64,000 nucleotides of DNA from Calditrichota bacterium (lineage in GTDB: Bacteria; Zhuqueibacterota; JdFR-76; BMS3Abin05). The position numbers and the translations under genes are program-made. The notes under the pieces were generated by a model, which searched no databases, was not told the DNA's origin, and saw nothing but the letters and a program-made list of their open reading frames with translations. Shown piece after piece: positions 49,186 through 58,776 of the stretch. Each line of letters begins with the position of its first letter. Within the stretch, counting starts at the first letter, position 1. The DNA is taken from contig JAADHR010000179.1 of the NCBI GenBank assembly GCA_013151735.1, forward strand, positions 12,656 to 76,655. Direction: 5' to 3'.

Positions 49186-51546
49186 ATGACAATGAAAAGA
49201 CGTGATTTTGTGAAGACCACGGCAGCCGCAGCCGTTGCATCGGCTCTGGGTGTCAGCCTGAAAATCCCTTCAGCCGGAGCGGAAATTCCGCCGGGCGAAA
49301 AGGATGTGGATAAGTGGGTGAAGGGAACCTGTCGATTTTGCGGCGTCGGATGCCGCATGTATCTGGGTGTAAAAAATGGGAAACCGGTGGCGGTAAAAGG
49401 GGTTGAGGATTCCAAAACAAACTTTGGGTTTCTCTGTATGAAGGGATTTTTACAGTATAAAATCTACAACCATCCGGACCGGTTGAAATATCCCCTGCTG
49501 CGCCAGAAGAACGGTGAATTCAAGCGGATTTCCTGGGACAAAGCCATGGACATTATGGCGAAAAAATTTGCCCATTCCATTAAAAAATATGGGAAGGATT
49601 CCGTTGCCTATTACGGATCGGGTCAGGCGTTGACCGAAGAAACCTATCTCATTCAGAAGATTTTTCGGGCTGGAATTGGCAACAGTAACGTAGAAGGAAA
49701 TCCCCGGCTTTGTATGGCCAGTGCGGTAGGCGGGTATGTGACGACCTTTGGAAAAGATGAACCCTCCGGATCCTATTCCGACATCGAGCATGCCACCTGC
49801 TTTTTTCTGATTGGAACCAATCAGGCAGAGGCGCACCCCGTTCTTTTCCGGCGGGTTATGAACCGAAAACTCTCCAATCCGGACGGCATCAAGGTGATTG
49901 TGGCGGATCCCCGTGTCACCCCAACATCCAGAATTGCAGACCTGCACATGAAATTCCTGCCGGGAACCGATCTGGCTGTTATGCATGCCATGGCCAATGT
50001 TATCGTGAATGAAGGACTGTACAACAAAAATTTTGTGGATCATTTTGTTGACTTCAAAACGATGAAAAACGGTAAGCCGGCCAGCATGACATTTGAAGAA
50101 TACAAGACATTCCTGAATGATTTTACTCCGGAAAAGGCTGAAAAAATCTCCAAATGCCCGGCGGATCAAATTCGTCAGGCCGCGCGATGGTTTGCCACAT
50201 CCAGTGCTACCATGTCCATGTGGACGATGGGACTCAATCAACGTATTCGCGGGGTTTGGGCCAACAATCTGGTGCATAACCTGCATCTGCTTACCGGCCA
50301 AATCGGAAAGCCGGGTGCGGATTCTTTTTCGCTTACCGGACAACCCAATGCCTGCGGTGGCGTGCGCGAAGCCGGTGGGCTGTGCCACATTCTTCCGGGC
50401 CATCGATTGGTGGCTAAAAAGGCACACCGGGAACAAATTGCAAAATTGTGGACGATCCCGGTGGAACGATTGCCCAAAAAACCGGGCTATCATACCGTCG
50501 CCATGTTTAAAGCCCTGACGGAAGGAAAGATTAAGGTTATGCTGATTCACACCACCAATCCGGCACAATCCTTACCGGATTTAACTCCGGTGATAAAGGG
50601 TTTTAAGCGAAAAGATAATTTTATTATCGTAACGGATATTTTCCCGACCCGAACCACACAACTGGCGGATCTGGTACTACCAGCTGCTTTTCTGTTCGAA
50701 AAATCGGGCGTTTACGGATGCACCGAACATCGTTCTCAACTGACACAAAAGGCCCTTGATCCACCCGGGGAAGCACGGGAAGAAATCCAGGTCTTTCGTG
50801 AATTTGCCCTTCGCCTGGGCAAAGAAATGAAGGATCCGATCTACAAACATATCGTAAAGGGATTGCACACGTCGGAAGATATCTGGAATGATTATCGCCG
50901 GTGCACCAAGGGAACGGATGTAGACCTCTGGGGCGCCACTTACGAACGGCTCAAAAAAGCGCCGGATGGCCTGCAATGGCCCGTGCCCACGGTAACCTCT
51001 CCCGGAACACCCAAGCGATATGTTAAAGGAATTGATCCGCTGGCCAAAGGCAAGGCCTGGATTCAGTTTTACGGACATCCGGATGGACGCGCCTTTGTGT
51101 GGGCCAGGCCTTACAAGGGTCCGGCCGAACCGCCCGATGCAAGCTACCCGTTTTATTTGACGACCGTACGCGTAATTGAACAGTGGCACACGATGACGAT
51201 GACGGGGCGGGTTCCGGAACTTCTCCGCGGATTTCCGTATGCCTATGTGGAAATTAATCCGAAAGACGCGAAACGCCTGGGAATCAAACATGGCGATATG
51301 ATTGAAATCAAAAGCCGCCGCGGAAAAGTGGAGGTTCCGGCAAAAATAGTGGAAGGCCCGCGCGAGGGACTCATAGCCGTTCCGTGGCATGACCAGAATT
51401 TCAATCGAATGATTAATTTTGTGACCATTGAAGCGGTTGATCCGGGATCAAAAGAGCCTGAATATAAAATCTGTGCGGTTAAGATCAGAAAAATATCCGG
51501 TCCCAAACGCCTTAAACCCACCACGGTGGAGATGAAGCTGGTTTAG
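49186..51546 (+). CDS. napA: Periplasmic nitrate reductase catalytic subunit (molybdopterin oxidoreductase, NapA family)
   Basis: Tat motif RRDFVKTTAAAAV. [4Fe-4S] motif C-x2-C-x3-C-x27-C (CRFCGVGCRMY...LCMKGF). Followed by napD/napG/napH. Confidence 0.85.
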   Translation: MTMKRRDFVKTTAAAAVASALGVSLKIPSAGAEIPPGEKDVDKWVKGTCRFCGVGCRMYLGVKNGKPVAVKGVEDSKTNFGFLCMKGFLQYKIYNHPDRLKYPLLRQKNGEFKRISWDKAMDIMAKKFAHSIKKYGKDSVAYYGSGQALTEETYLIQKIFRAGIGNSNVEGNPRLCMASAVGGYVTTFGKDEPSGSYSDIEHATCFFLIGTNQAEAHPVLFRRVMNRKLSNPDGIKVIVADPRVTPTSRIADLHMKFLPGTDLAVMHAMANVIVNEGLYNKNFVDHFVDFKTMKNGKPASMTFEEYKTFLNDFTPEKAEKISKCPADQIRQAARWFATSSATMSMWTMGLNQRIRGVWANNLVHNLHLLTGQIGKPGADSFSLTGQPNACGGVREAGGLCHILPGHRLVAKKAHREQIAKLWTIPVERLPKKPGYHTVAMFKALTEGKIKVMLIHTTNPAQSLPDLTPVIKGFKRKDNFIIVTDIFPTRTTQLADLVLPAAFLFEKSGVYGCTEHRSQLTQKALDPPGEAREEIQVFREFALRLGKEMKDPIYKHIVKGLHTSEDIWNDYRRCTKGTDVDLWGATYERLKKAPDGLQWPVPTVTSPGTPKRYVKGIDPLAKGKAWIQFYGHPDGRAFVWARPYKGPAEPPDASYPFYLTTVRVIEQWHTMTMTGRVPELLRGFPYAYVEINPKDAKRLGIKHGDMIEIKSRRGKVEVPAKIVEGPREGLIAVPWHDQNFNRMINFVTIEAVDPGSKEPEYKICAVKIRKISGPKRLKPTTVEMKLV

Positions 51547-51623
51547 TGACGTAAGGGAAAATGACGGGCACCGATTTCTGTCTCTTCATCTGAAATCGGT
51601 GCCTTCAATTAAAGCGGAGGAGC

Positions 51624-51905
51624 TTGTTTATGCCGATTACCGGGGTTGCAATACAAACAATGCCTGATAAAACGAGCTTTGTTTACGATGTACTGAATGA
51701 AATGAAAGCGGTCAGCCTCTACGGAGATGATAAAAAAGGGAACATTATCGCCGTTCTGGAGACCGAAAATAAAAAGGCCCTGGAGGAATTAAACCAACAG
51801 ATAGAGGCCATAGACGGGGTCATAAAAGTGATGGGCGTTTATCATTACTTTGAGGACGATATTCCGTCCCCGAAGCAAAAAGAAAATGCAAAAAATGAAT
51901 TCTGA
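51624..51905 (+). CDS. napD: NapD-like chaperone
   Basis: 93 aa; ...VSLYGDDKKGNIIAVLETEN...IDGVIKVMGVYHYFED parallels E. coli NapD ...LVYHQQEE. Confidence 0.7.
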   Translation: MFMPITGVAIQTMPDKTSFVYDVLNEMKAVSLYGDDKKGNIIAVLETENKKALEELNQQIEAIDGVIKVMGVYHYFEDDIPSPKQKENAKNEF

Positions 51906-52518
51906 AGAAAACGGGTCGAAATCGCTTGATCGAAGGACGGTTCTGAAATCATTCTTGACTTTTGGAGCCGGGATGGGGTTATCCGTTTTACGGCCCGAGA
52001 ACCTGTTTTCTTCGGTGTTATGGTCTCCAATCGGGCGAAATCATCTGAGGCCCCCCGGGGCGCTTCCGGAGGCCGACTTTGTGGCAGCCTGCATTCGGTG
52101 CGGACGATGTGCCGAAGTGTGCCCCTATTATTCCATTGAACCGATTCGTTTGTCGGGCGGCCTGCAGGCAGGTACACCGCTGATTGATGTGGAGCACATT
52201 GCCTGTTACCTGTGCATGGAATGCGTAAAGGTTTGTCCCACCGGCGCGCTCCAAAACGTTCCTGCAGAAAAGGCAGGGATGGGGTTGGCACATATCGACC
52301 AGAAACGGTGCTGGGCCTACAATGGAAAAGCAATTTGTCGGGCCTGTTACGATGCCTGTCCTTTCAAAAATGTGGCGATTCAGCTGATTCGCCTAAAACC
52401 AATTATTATCGAAGATAAATGTGTGGGCTGTGGGCTTTGCGTGGCTGCCTGTCCCGTCCAGATTCCGCGTGCAGTAAATGTGGATCCGTTGGAGGATCAC
52501 CTGAAACGGAGTGGCTAA
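51895..52518 (+). CDS. napG: NapG-like periplasmic ferredoxin (4x[4Fe-4S])
   Basis: Tat motif RRTVLKSF. Four CxxCxxCxxxCP clusters. Start ATG overlaps the napD stop (ATGAATTCTGA). Confidence 0.75.
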   Translation: MNSEENGSKSLDRRTVLKSFLTFGAGMGLSVLRPENLFSSVLWSPIGRNHLRPPGALPEADFVAACIRCGRCAEVCPYYSIEPIRLSGGLQAGTPLIDVEHIACYLCMECVKVCPTGALQNVPAEKAGMGLAHIDQKRCWAYNGKAICRACYDACPFKNVAIQLIRLKPIIIEDKCVGCGLCVAACPVQIPRAVNVDPLEDHLKRSG

Positions 52519-53384
52519 AATTGGCTGACAAAACCAAAAAGAAAAGGATCTATTTTAGATATCGTCGGACGATTCAGATAGTGGGTTTTTTGTTTTTGCT
52601 AATTGTTCCCTTTTTAAATCTGTTTGGGTTTCATTTTTTTAACGGATGGTACCAATCGCTGGGCATCGGGTATTGGTTTATTGCTTCCCCTCTCGAATCA
52701 TTTGAGAGTTTTTTGATCTCGCGAACGTTTTTTTTAACCCTGTTTGTATCATTTTTAACGCCATTTATTTTAGCATTTATTCTGGGACGTGTATTTTGCA
52801 GCTGGCTTTGTCCGTTTGGGCTTCTGTCCGAGTGGGTGTCGGATTTCCGTCAGTGGGCGTATCGAAAATGGGGACACTCTCATCATCCGCCGGAGGGCCT
52901 TTTTGCGATTCCGCGATGGATAGTCTGGGTTATTCTGACGGCTGAGATTTTGGCGTCGATGATTGTGGGAACGTCTCTGTTTTCAATCTATTCCCCTCCG
53001 GGTGTGATTGGCCGGGAAGCCATGCGGCTGGCTTTTTTCCACATTTTGGGTGGGGAAATTCTTTTTATTTTGATCTTTTTGACATTTGAGCTTTTTGTCG
53101 CACGAAGAGGATTTTGCAGATATGTCTGCCCGCTGGGAGCCACTCTCTCATTGGTCGGCCAAAAACGCCTTCTGAAGATTGAGTTTGAATCCGCGAAATG
53201 TCAGAGAATCTGCAAAATTTGTGAAAATCACGAAATCTGTACCTGGGGTCTTATGCCGAAATTGGGAGAAGGAGCGTCGGTTTATTGTACCAATTGCGGA
53301 GATTGCATTGACATTTGTCCGTTTGATGCCCTTCGGTTCAACTGGAAAAACAAAACGGTAAGGAGTCCCGAAAAATATGGCTGA
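52419..53384 (+). CDS. napH: NapH-like membrane-bound iron-sulfur protein
   Basis: TM helices. CSWLCPFG and CRYVCPLG motifs. C-terminal 2x[4Fe-4S] (CQRICKIC...C, CTNCGDCIDICP). True start uncertain (TTG at 52521 also possible). Confidence 0.7.
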   Translation: MCGLWALRGCLSRPDSACSKCGSVGGSPETEWLKLADKTKKKRIYFRYRRTIQIVGFLFLLIVPFLNLFGFHFFNGWYQSLGIGYWFIASPLESFESFLISRTFFLTLFVSFLTPFILAFILGRVFCSWLCPFGLLSEWVSDFRQWAYRKWGHSHHPPEGLFAIPRWIVWVILTAEILASMIVGTSLFSIYSPPGVIGREAMRLAFFHILGGEILFILIFLTFELFVARRGFCRYVCPLGATLSLVGQKRLLKIEFESAKCQRICKICENHEICTWGLMPKLGEGASVYCTNCGDCIDICPFDALRFNWKNKTVRSPEKYG

Positions 53385-53952
53385 AAGTCCGGGGAAAACA
53401 ACACTCAATCGAAGGGAGTTTTTTTCATTGGGTCTGGGAACCCTGAAGGAACGGGTGCCCTTGCAAAAATCTCCGCAAAGCCGGCGAAATCGGCGGCCCA
53501 TCCTGAGGCCGCCCGGAGCCGTTTCAGAAGAAATACTGGGTCAGGAATGTACCAGTTGCGGCGATTGTGTGGTTGCCTGTCAATTTGAAGCCATTCGGTT
53601 GCTGGATCATCGGGCGGGAAAATATCAGGGTACCCCGGCAATCATTCCGAGGATTCAACCCTGTTTGTATTGTGAGGATTTTCCCTGTGTGACGGCCTGC
53701 AAGGAGGGAGCCCTTACAAAAGATCATCTTAAAATGGGGGTGGCTGAACTCGATTCCAGGCGGTGTTTCAACACGAAGGGAGGGTGGTGCGATGCATGTT
53801 TCCAAAAATGTCCGTTTTCGGGGGAGGCCATCCGATTGAACGAGAGACTTCAATTGGAAATCAATGCCGATTTCTGCACGGGGTGCGGACTGTGTGAACA
53901 TGCTTGTCCGCTGTCGCCGCCGGCGATTCGGATTGTTCCCCTGGAGATATGA
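53377..53952 (+). CDS. Tat-exported ferredoxin-type 4x[4Fe-4S] protein (NapF/NapG/MauM-like)
   Basis: RREFFSLGLGTL Tat motif; four Cys clusters (CTSCGDCVVAC, CLYCEDFPCVTAC, CDACFQKCP, CTGCGLCEHACP). Confidence 0.65.
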   Translation: MAESPGKTTLNRREFFSLGLGTLKERVPLQKSPQSRRNRRPILRPPGAVSEEILGQECTSCGDCVVACQFEAIRLLDHRAGKYQGTPAIIPRIQPCLYCEDFPCVTACKEGALTKDHLKMGVAELDSRRCFNTKGGWCDACFQKCPFSGEAIRLNERLQLEINADFCTGCGLCEHACPLSPPAIRIVPLEI

Positions 53953-54103
53953 TCCTCCCAATAAAGGGACCGTGCGTGTTCAGGGCGGTTTGGATTATTT
54001 GGAAGGGACAATAATTTGATTTTTTGAGATCAGATTATTTTTGTACACTTACCATAAATTTCGTTATAATTCAGGAATCCAATCCACTAAAATGGAGGAA
54101 TCA

Positions 54104-54577
54104 ATGGCAGAAGAAAAGAATGACGTACAAGAAGAAGGGCGCCGGAGTTTCCTGGCGAATCTTCTGTATGGAGGAGGAATCCTTGCCGCATTTGGGGGAT
54201 TTACAGCGGGTCTTCTTCGGTTCATTATACCCGAAAAACGGCCGCCCAAAATGAAAGAGGTTTTGGTTGCCCATTTCAATGAAATTGAAGTGGGGAATGC
54301 CAAGCCTATGGAGGTGGCCGGACAGAAGATTTTTGTGGTTCATTTAAAAGAGGGATATCGCGTTCTTTCAGCCATCTGTACGCATCTGGGGTGTATTGTT
54401 CAATGGCAGAAAGAAAACCAGGAATTCTTTTGTCCCTGCCACAAGGGCCGCTATCGTCCTGATGGAACGGTGATTTCCGGACCGCCTCCCCGACCTCTGG
54501 ATCACTTTCGAGTGGAGGTAAAAACAGGGCTGGTTTATGTCTGGATGAAAGAAAAATACACAGGAGGGCTTGTATGA
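54104..54577 (+). CDS. Rieske [2Fe-2S] subunit of a cytochrome bc-type complex
   Basis: RRSFLANLL Tat-like signal/TM. Box I CTHLGC, box II CPCHKGRY. GGAGG RBS before MAEEKN. Confidence 0.85.
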   Translation: MAEEKNDVQEEGRRSFLANLLYGGGILAAFGGFTAGLLRFIIPEKRPPKMKEVLVAHFNEIEVGNAKPMEVAGQKIFVVHLKEGYRVLSAICTHLGCIVQWQKENQEFFCPCHKGRYRPDGTVISGPPPRPLDHFRVEVKTGLVYVWMKEKYTGGLV

Positions 54578-55626
54578 GCGTACTTAAAAAGGAATGGTGG
54601 GTGGAAAGGGTCCCTCTGGATTACGAGAAAGCGATAGGAATTGTACGAGATCTTGTGATCAAGGAACCCATTCCCGTACACATGAAAAAATGGTACTATG
54701 CAATGGGAGCCACGCCCCTGATTTTATTCTTGCTTCAGGTGACAACCGGGCTTTTGCTGACATTTTATTTTATCCCCTCACCAGATATGGCTTACGAGAG
54801 TGTACGGCATATTCAACAGGATGTTCCTCTGGGGTTCTGGATTCGGGGATTGCACCGCTGGGGAGCCAACCTGATGATTATAGCGGTTTTTCTCCACATG
54901 CTGCGTGTCTTTTTTACCCGGGCATATCGCAAACCTCGGGAAATCAACTGGATACTGGGAACCCTTCTTTTGGGAACGACCCTGACAATGGGGTTTACGG
55001 GATATTCCCTTACCTACAACCAGCTTTCGTATTGGGCAACAACGGTTGGAACCAACCTCGTTAATCAACTTCCCCTGATCGGACACTGGCTTCTCACATT
55101 TATGCGGGGCGGAGAAGAGGTCTCTGCCAACACCCTGACCCGATTTTTTGTTTTTCATGAATTGTTTGTGCCTTCAATTTTATTTATTCTCATCGCCCTG
55201 CACATTTTTATGATTCATCTTCACGGCGTGGCCGAATTGGAAGGCCACGAAGGCGAGGGGTACTACGCCTTTTATCCTGATCATTTTGTTAAAGGAATTT
55301 ACATCACCCTGTTTCTGCTGGTTTTCATGAGTACACTTGCAATTTTAATTCCGCCGGGAATCGGAGTTCCGGCAGATCCCACCCAAACACCTATGCATAT
55401 CAAACCCGAGTGGTATTTTTATTCGGTCTACGGACTACTAAAACTTGTGCCGCTGTGGCTGGGTGTGTATCTGGTTCTGGCATTTATGATTGTACTGGTT
55501 TTCTGGCCTTTTATCGATGATTGGTTTCGGGCAAAATGGCCCAAAGCGCCTATCGGTTATGTCCTGGGCGGAACAACCGCTGTACTGGCGCTGGTATTTA
55601 CAATAATGGAACTATTAGCAAAATAA
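54574..55626 (+). CDS. Cytochrome b subunit of a Rieske/cyt b complex (b6 plus subunit-IV-like fused)
   Basis: 350 aa; haem-ligand His pairs in helices (…RGLHRWGANLMIIAVFLHMLRVFF…, …FHELFVPSILFILIALHIFMIHLHG…); ATGA overlap with the Rieske gene. Confidence 0.85.
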   Translation: MSVLKKEWWVERVPLDYEKAIGIVRDLVIKEPIPVHMKKWYYAMGATPLILFLLQVTTGLLLTFYFIPSPDMAYESVRHIQQDVPLGFWIRGLHRWGANLMIIAVFLHMLRVFFTRAYRKPREINWILGTLLLGTTLTMGFTGYSLTYNQLSYWATTVGTNLVNQLPLIGHWLLTFMRGGEEVSANTLTRFFVFHELFVPSILFILIALHIFMIHLHGVAELEGHEGEGYYAFYPDHFVKGIYITLFLLVFMSTLAILIPPGIGVPADPTQTPMHIKPEWYFYSVYGLLKLVPLWLGVYLVLAFMIVLVFWPFIDDWFRAKWPKAPIGYVLGGTTAVLALVFTIMELLAK

Positions 55627-55645
55627 ATAAAAGGAGGGTATTTTT

Positions 55646-57253
55646 ATGGCCAAGGGAGATGGAACAAAGTATCTGGTCGGAATTTTTTCGATTCTATTTT
55701 TGGTGACCCTGGTAATTGTGGCCGGCGTTGAGACGAAAAAGAGCGAATCTACAAAACCCGAAGTTGAACTAACCGGCAAGAGCAAACAATGTGTCACCTG
55801 TCACGAACGAAAAGGAATCGCCGTTAAACAAATTGAACAGTGGGAAGATAGCAAACATGCGGAATATGGCATTGGATGTATCGAATGCCATGCCGCAAAG
55901 AAAGGCGATTTTGATGCCTTTACCTGTCCGGGTAGTGATATTTTAGTGGGCCGTTACCCGACCCCCAAAGATTGTAGTGTTTGTCATGATAAGGAAGTGA
56001 AAGAATTTGAAAACAGCAAGCATGCTCACCAATTCTGGCTTTTGCATAATGATGACCGTGCCGTGTATGAATTTCCCTCTGCGGTTAAGCACGGATGCGA
56101 ACAATGCCACAGAATTGGAAATATGTGGCCCGACAGCAGCGTGGGCGACTGCTCGGCCTGCCATACCAGGCACTCCTTTAAAATTGCCCAGGCCCGAAAT
56201 CCGAAGACATGCGGAGAATGTCACCTGGGGCCAGACCATCCGCATATTGAGATTTATGAAGAATCCAAGCACGGAAACATCTGGGCGGCCGAAGGAAAAG
56301 ATTGGGACATGGGGTACGAAACGACGAATCACGAAAAAATCCCAATTAAAGCCCCCGTGTGCACAACCTGTCACATGGATGGTAGTCCCACACAGCCCAT
56401 GACCCACAACGTGAGTGCACGCCTGGCCTGGGAGTCACAGGCCCCGTGGAGTTATCGCACGGTCTGGGATGAGGAGCACCTGGGTACCTGGCAGAAAAAA
56501 CGGGAACGTATGAAAGAGATTTGTCTTAACTGTCATGCTCCCGATTTTGTTAATGAATACTTTTTGGAAGCCGACCTTGTCAATCTTCAATACAACGAAA
56601 TTCGGCGTCAGTTTGTTTACTGGAATAAAAAATTGTATAAGGAAAAATTGATGTATCCCTGGAAAACCGGCGACCGCCTCTGGACAAATCCCGTATTGGA
56701 CGGCTATGATCAGGAGCCGGAGCGCGCGAAATATTATGCCTGGCACCATGAAGGACGGCGTTTCCGCCACGGAGCCGAGATGATGGGGGCCGATTTTACC
56801 CAGTGGCATGGCATCTGGGAAGTTCAGCAAGACTTTATTGAAATGCTGAACTGGGCAGCCGACCATGGGGATGCCGAGGCCAAGGTGTGGCAGAAATCCA
56901 ATAATCCCACTAAAATGATTACATTCAAACTATATGATGTTCCAGGGAATGAATGGGGAATCAACACGGAGCTTTATAAACCCAACTTTGTGTACCAGAT
57001 GTTTCCCGATTATTGGACCCGCATTAAATCCAATGTGAAAGCCGCTTATGAAAAGGGACTCCTTTCACAGGATCAATGGGAATTATGGTTGAAGCGATAC
57101 AATAACAAAGAATACTACATGGGTACGAAATTTCCGGAACACCCGAAATGGAAATTCTACAAGGAACGTGATCAAAGGGATCTGAAACACATGAAGGAAT
57201 CGGTTATTGATCTGAATCTTCCGGGAGAATCCTTTTACAAAGACATGCACTGA
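55646..57253 (+). CDS. Membrane-anchored octaheme cytochrome c, HAO/ONR/Otr superfamily (candidate nitrite or hydroxylamine reductase)
   Basis: N-terminal TM; 8 CXXCH (CVTCH, CIECH, CSVCH, CEQCH, CSACH, CGECH, CTTCH, CLNCH); no CXXCK. Confidence 0.75.
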   Translation: MAKGDGTKYLVGIFSILFLVTLVIVAGVETKKSESTKPEVELTGKSKQCVTCHERKGIAVKQIEQWEDSKHAEYGIGCIECHAAKKGDFDAFTCPGSDILVGRYPTPKDCSVCHDKEVKEFENSKHAHQFWLLHNDDRAVYEFPSAVKHGCEQCHRIGNMWPDSSVGDCSACHTRHSFKIAQARNPKTCGECHLGPDHPHIEIYEESKHGNIWAAEGKDWDMGYETTNHEKIPIKAPVCTTCHMDGSPTQPMTHNVSARLAWESQAPWSYRTVWDEEHLGTWQKKRERMKEICLNCHAPDFVNEYFLEADLVNLQYNEIRRQFVYWNKKLYKEKLMYPWKTGDRLWTNPVLDGYDQEPERAKYYAWHHEGRRFRHGAEMMGADFTQWHGIWEVQQDFIEMLNWAADHGDAEAKVWQKSNNPTKMITFKLYDVPGNEWGINTELYKPNFVYQMFPDYWTRIKSNVKAAYEKGLLSQDQWELWLKRYNNKEYYMGTKFPEHPKWKFYKERDQRDLKHMKESVIDLNLPGESFYKDMH

Positions 57254-57284
57254 TAAAGACATTCTTGAAAAATTGAGAATACAA

Positions 57285-57320
57285 GAAGCGGAAGCACGTG
57301 CTTCCGCTTCTTTGGTTTTG
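57285..57320 (+). terminator. Rho-independent terminator
   Basis: Perfect GAAGCGGAAGCAC|GTGCTTCCGCTTC palindrome followed by TTTGGTTTT. Confidence 0.65.
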
Positions 57321-57716
57321 CCTGCCTTTTCTGCAATAAAGTCCCAATTTTTTTCAAATGAGCCGATTTTCTCTTGATTTTTAAAGTTTTTTTTTTAAAT
57401 TAAGATCATACATTTTGATTTTAATTCTCAATTCCTCTATATTTTCGCTAACTATACGAAATTTGTTCAGCAGTCGAATCGGAACAAATTGAAAAAAGTA
57501 TGGTAATAAAGAAATGTGATTTTCCTGCTTTTCCTTGGTTTTAGGAATGTCCGGCTTAGCATTAAATTTAATGAATTATGCTCATATAACCTTCTGTAAA
57601 TGTGTCTGTTTATAAAAACATATCCTTTCAATTCAGATTTTTGTGTACGCATAAAGGAATAAAGTAAGCAAGCAGGCTGTTCCATGACAAACCATTAAAA
57701 AAGGAGGGTTCAATCC

Positions 57717-58298
57717 ATGAGAATTAGAAAAATGAAAATTGGCCTGGGTGTGATGTTTGCCGCCGGCTTAATTTTAACCTGGATGAGCATGGGGATATCC
57801 GGCACACCGCAGGCAAAAAAAGGTCAGTTTAAGTACATTGGCGTATTAAAATGCAAAATGTGCCACAACAGCGCCCGGAAAGGAAATCAATTTAAAATCT
57901 GGAAAAGCAGTCCTCATGCCAAGGCCTATGAAGCTCTTGGAACCGCTGAGGCAAAAGCGATTGCCAAGAAAAAAGGGATTGCTGACCCGCAAAAAAGCCC
58001 GAAATGTTTAAAATGTCATGTAACGGGTTATGGAGAGCCCAAAACGGCTTTTGGACCCAAATATCACATGGAAGATGGGGTTACCTGTGAGGCCTGCCAC
58101 GGTCCGGGATCGGCTTATTGGAAATCAAGTGTGATGCGAAAATTATATAAGGGCCAAATTGATCCCAAAACCGTCGGATACATTCAACCGAATGAAAAAA
58201 CGTGCGTACAATGCCATAATCCGGAAAGTCCGACCTATAAGAAATTTGTTTATGCAAAATTCTGGAAAGAAATTGCCCACAATATTCCCAAGAAATAG
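57717..58298 (+). CDS. Periplasmic tetraheme cytochrome c (c554/c3-like size)
   Basis: Signal peptide; 4 CXXCH (CKMCH, CLKCH, CEACH, CVQCH); RBS AAGGAGGG. Confidence 0.75.
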   Translation: MRIRKMKIGLGVMFAAGLILTWMSMGISGTPQAKKGQFKYIGVLKCKMCHNSARKGNQFKIWKSSPHAKAYEALGTAEAKAIAKKKGIADPQKSPKCLKCHVTGYGEPKTAFGPKYHMEDGVTCEACHGPGSAYWKSSVMRKLYKGQIDPKTVGYIQPNEKTCVQCHNPESPTYKKFVYAKFWKEIAHNIPKK

Positions 58299-58315
58299 GC
58301 ATTCGAATTTTAGAA

Positions 58316-58356
58316 ACACAAAAGCATCTCCAGAAGGAGATGCTTTTGTGTTTTAT
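58316..58356 (+). terminator. Rho-independent terminator
   Basis: ACACAAAAGCATCTCC-agaa-GGAGATGCTTTTGTGT followed by TTTAT. Confidence 0.65.
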
Positions 58357-58776
58357 AACCCTGGCAAAACGCTTTGGGCACCCATTGGAAAAACCAACCG
58401 CCAAATCATCCTGCGAAAACCATCCTGACACCCTACGTTTTATCGGCTTATCGTTTGCCATCTCGGTCGAATGAATCAAACCCAATAAAGCATGTTGAAT
58501 AATTCAACAAAAATAGGGGCAGATAGGCCTCAAAATCAAAAGCTCTTAAAAAACTGAAAATTTTTATTGATTTTTATTGTGTAAAGTTTAAATTAGTAAG
58601 CAATATTATGAGTATGTTAAATGCGATATAAATCAATCATTAAAAATTCTTTTTGCCTTCAGATTTTACAGGATCATAAAATAGTTTCTCTGAAATTTCA
58701 TATTTGAAAATTATATTTTTAAAAGTGTGTCTGATCAAAATAGGCCCATTTTATCAATAGCAGAAGGAAGGATAGA

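Noticed and set aside
49174-51546. Alternative identity of the molybdoenzyme as arsenite oxidase AioA (given the nearby Rieske gene) or formate dehydrogenase
   Set aside because: The Tat signal is on the catalytic subunit itself. The N-terminal C-x2-C-x3-C-x27-C cluster and the immediately following NapD, NapG and NapH homologues fit Nap. AioA lacks its own Tat signal and pairs with a small Rieske directly. No in-frame TGA was seen, so a selenocysteine is unlikely.
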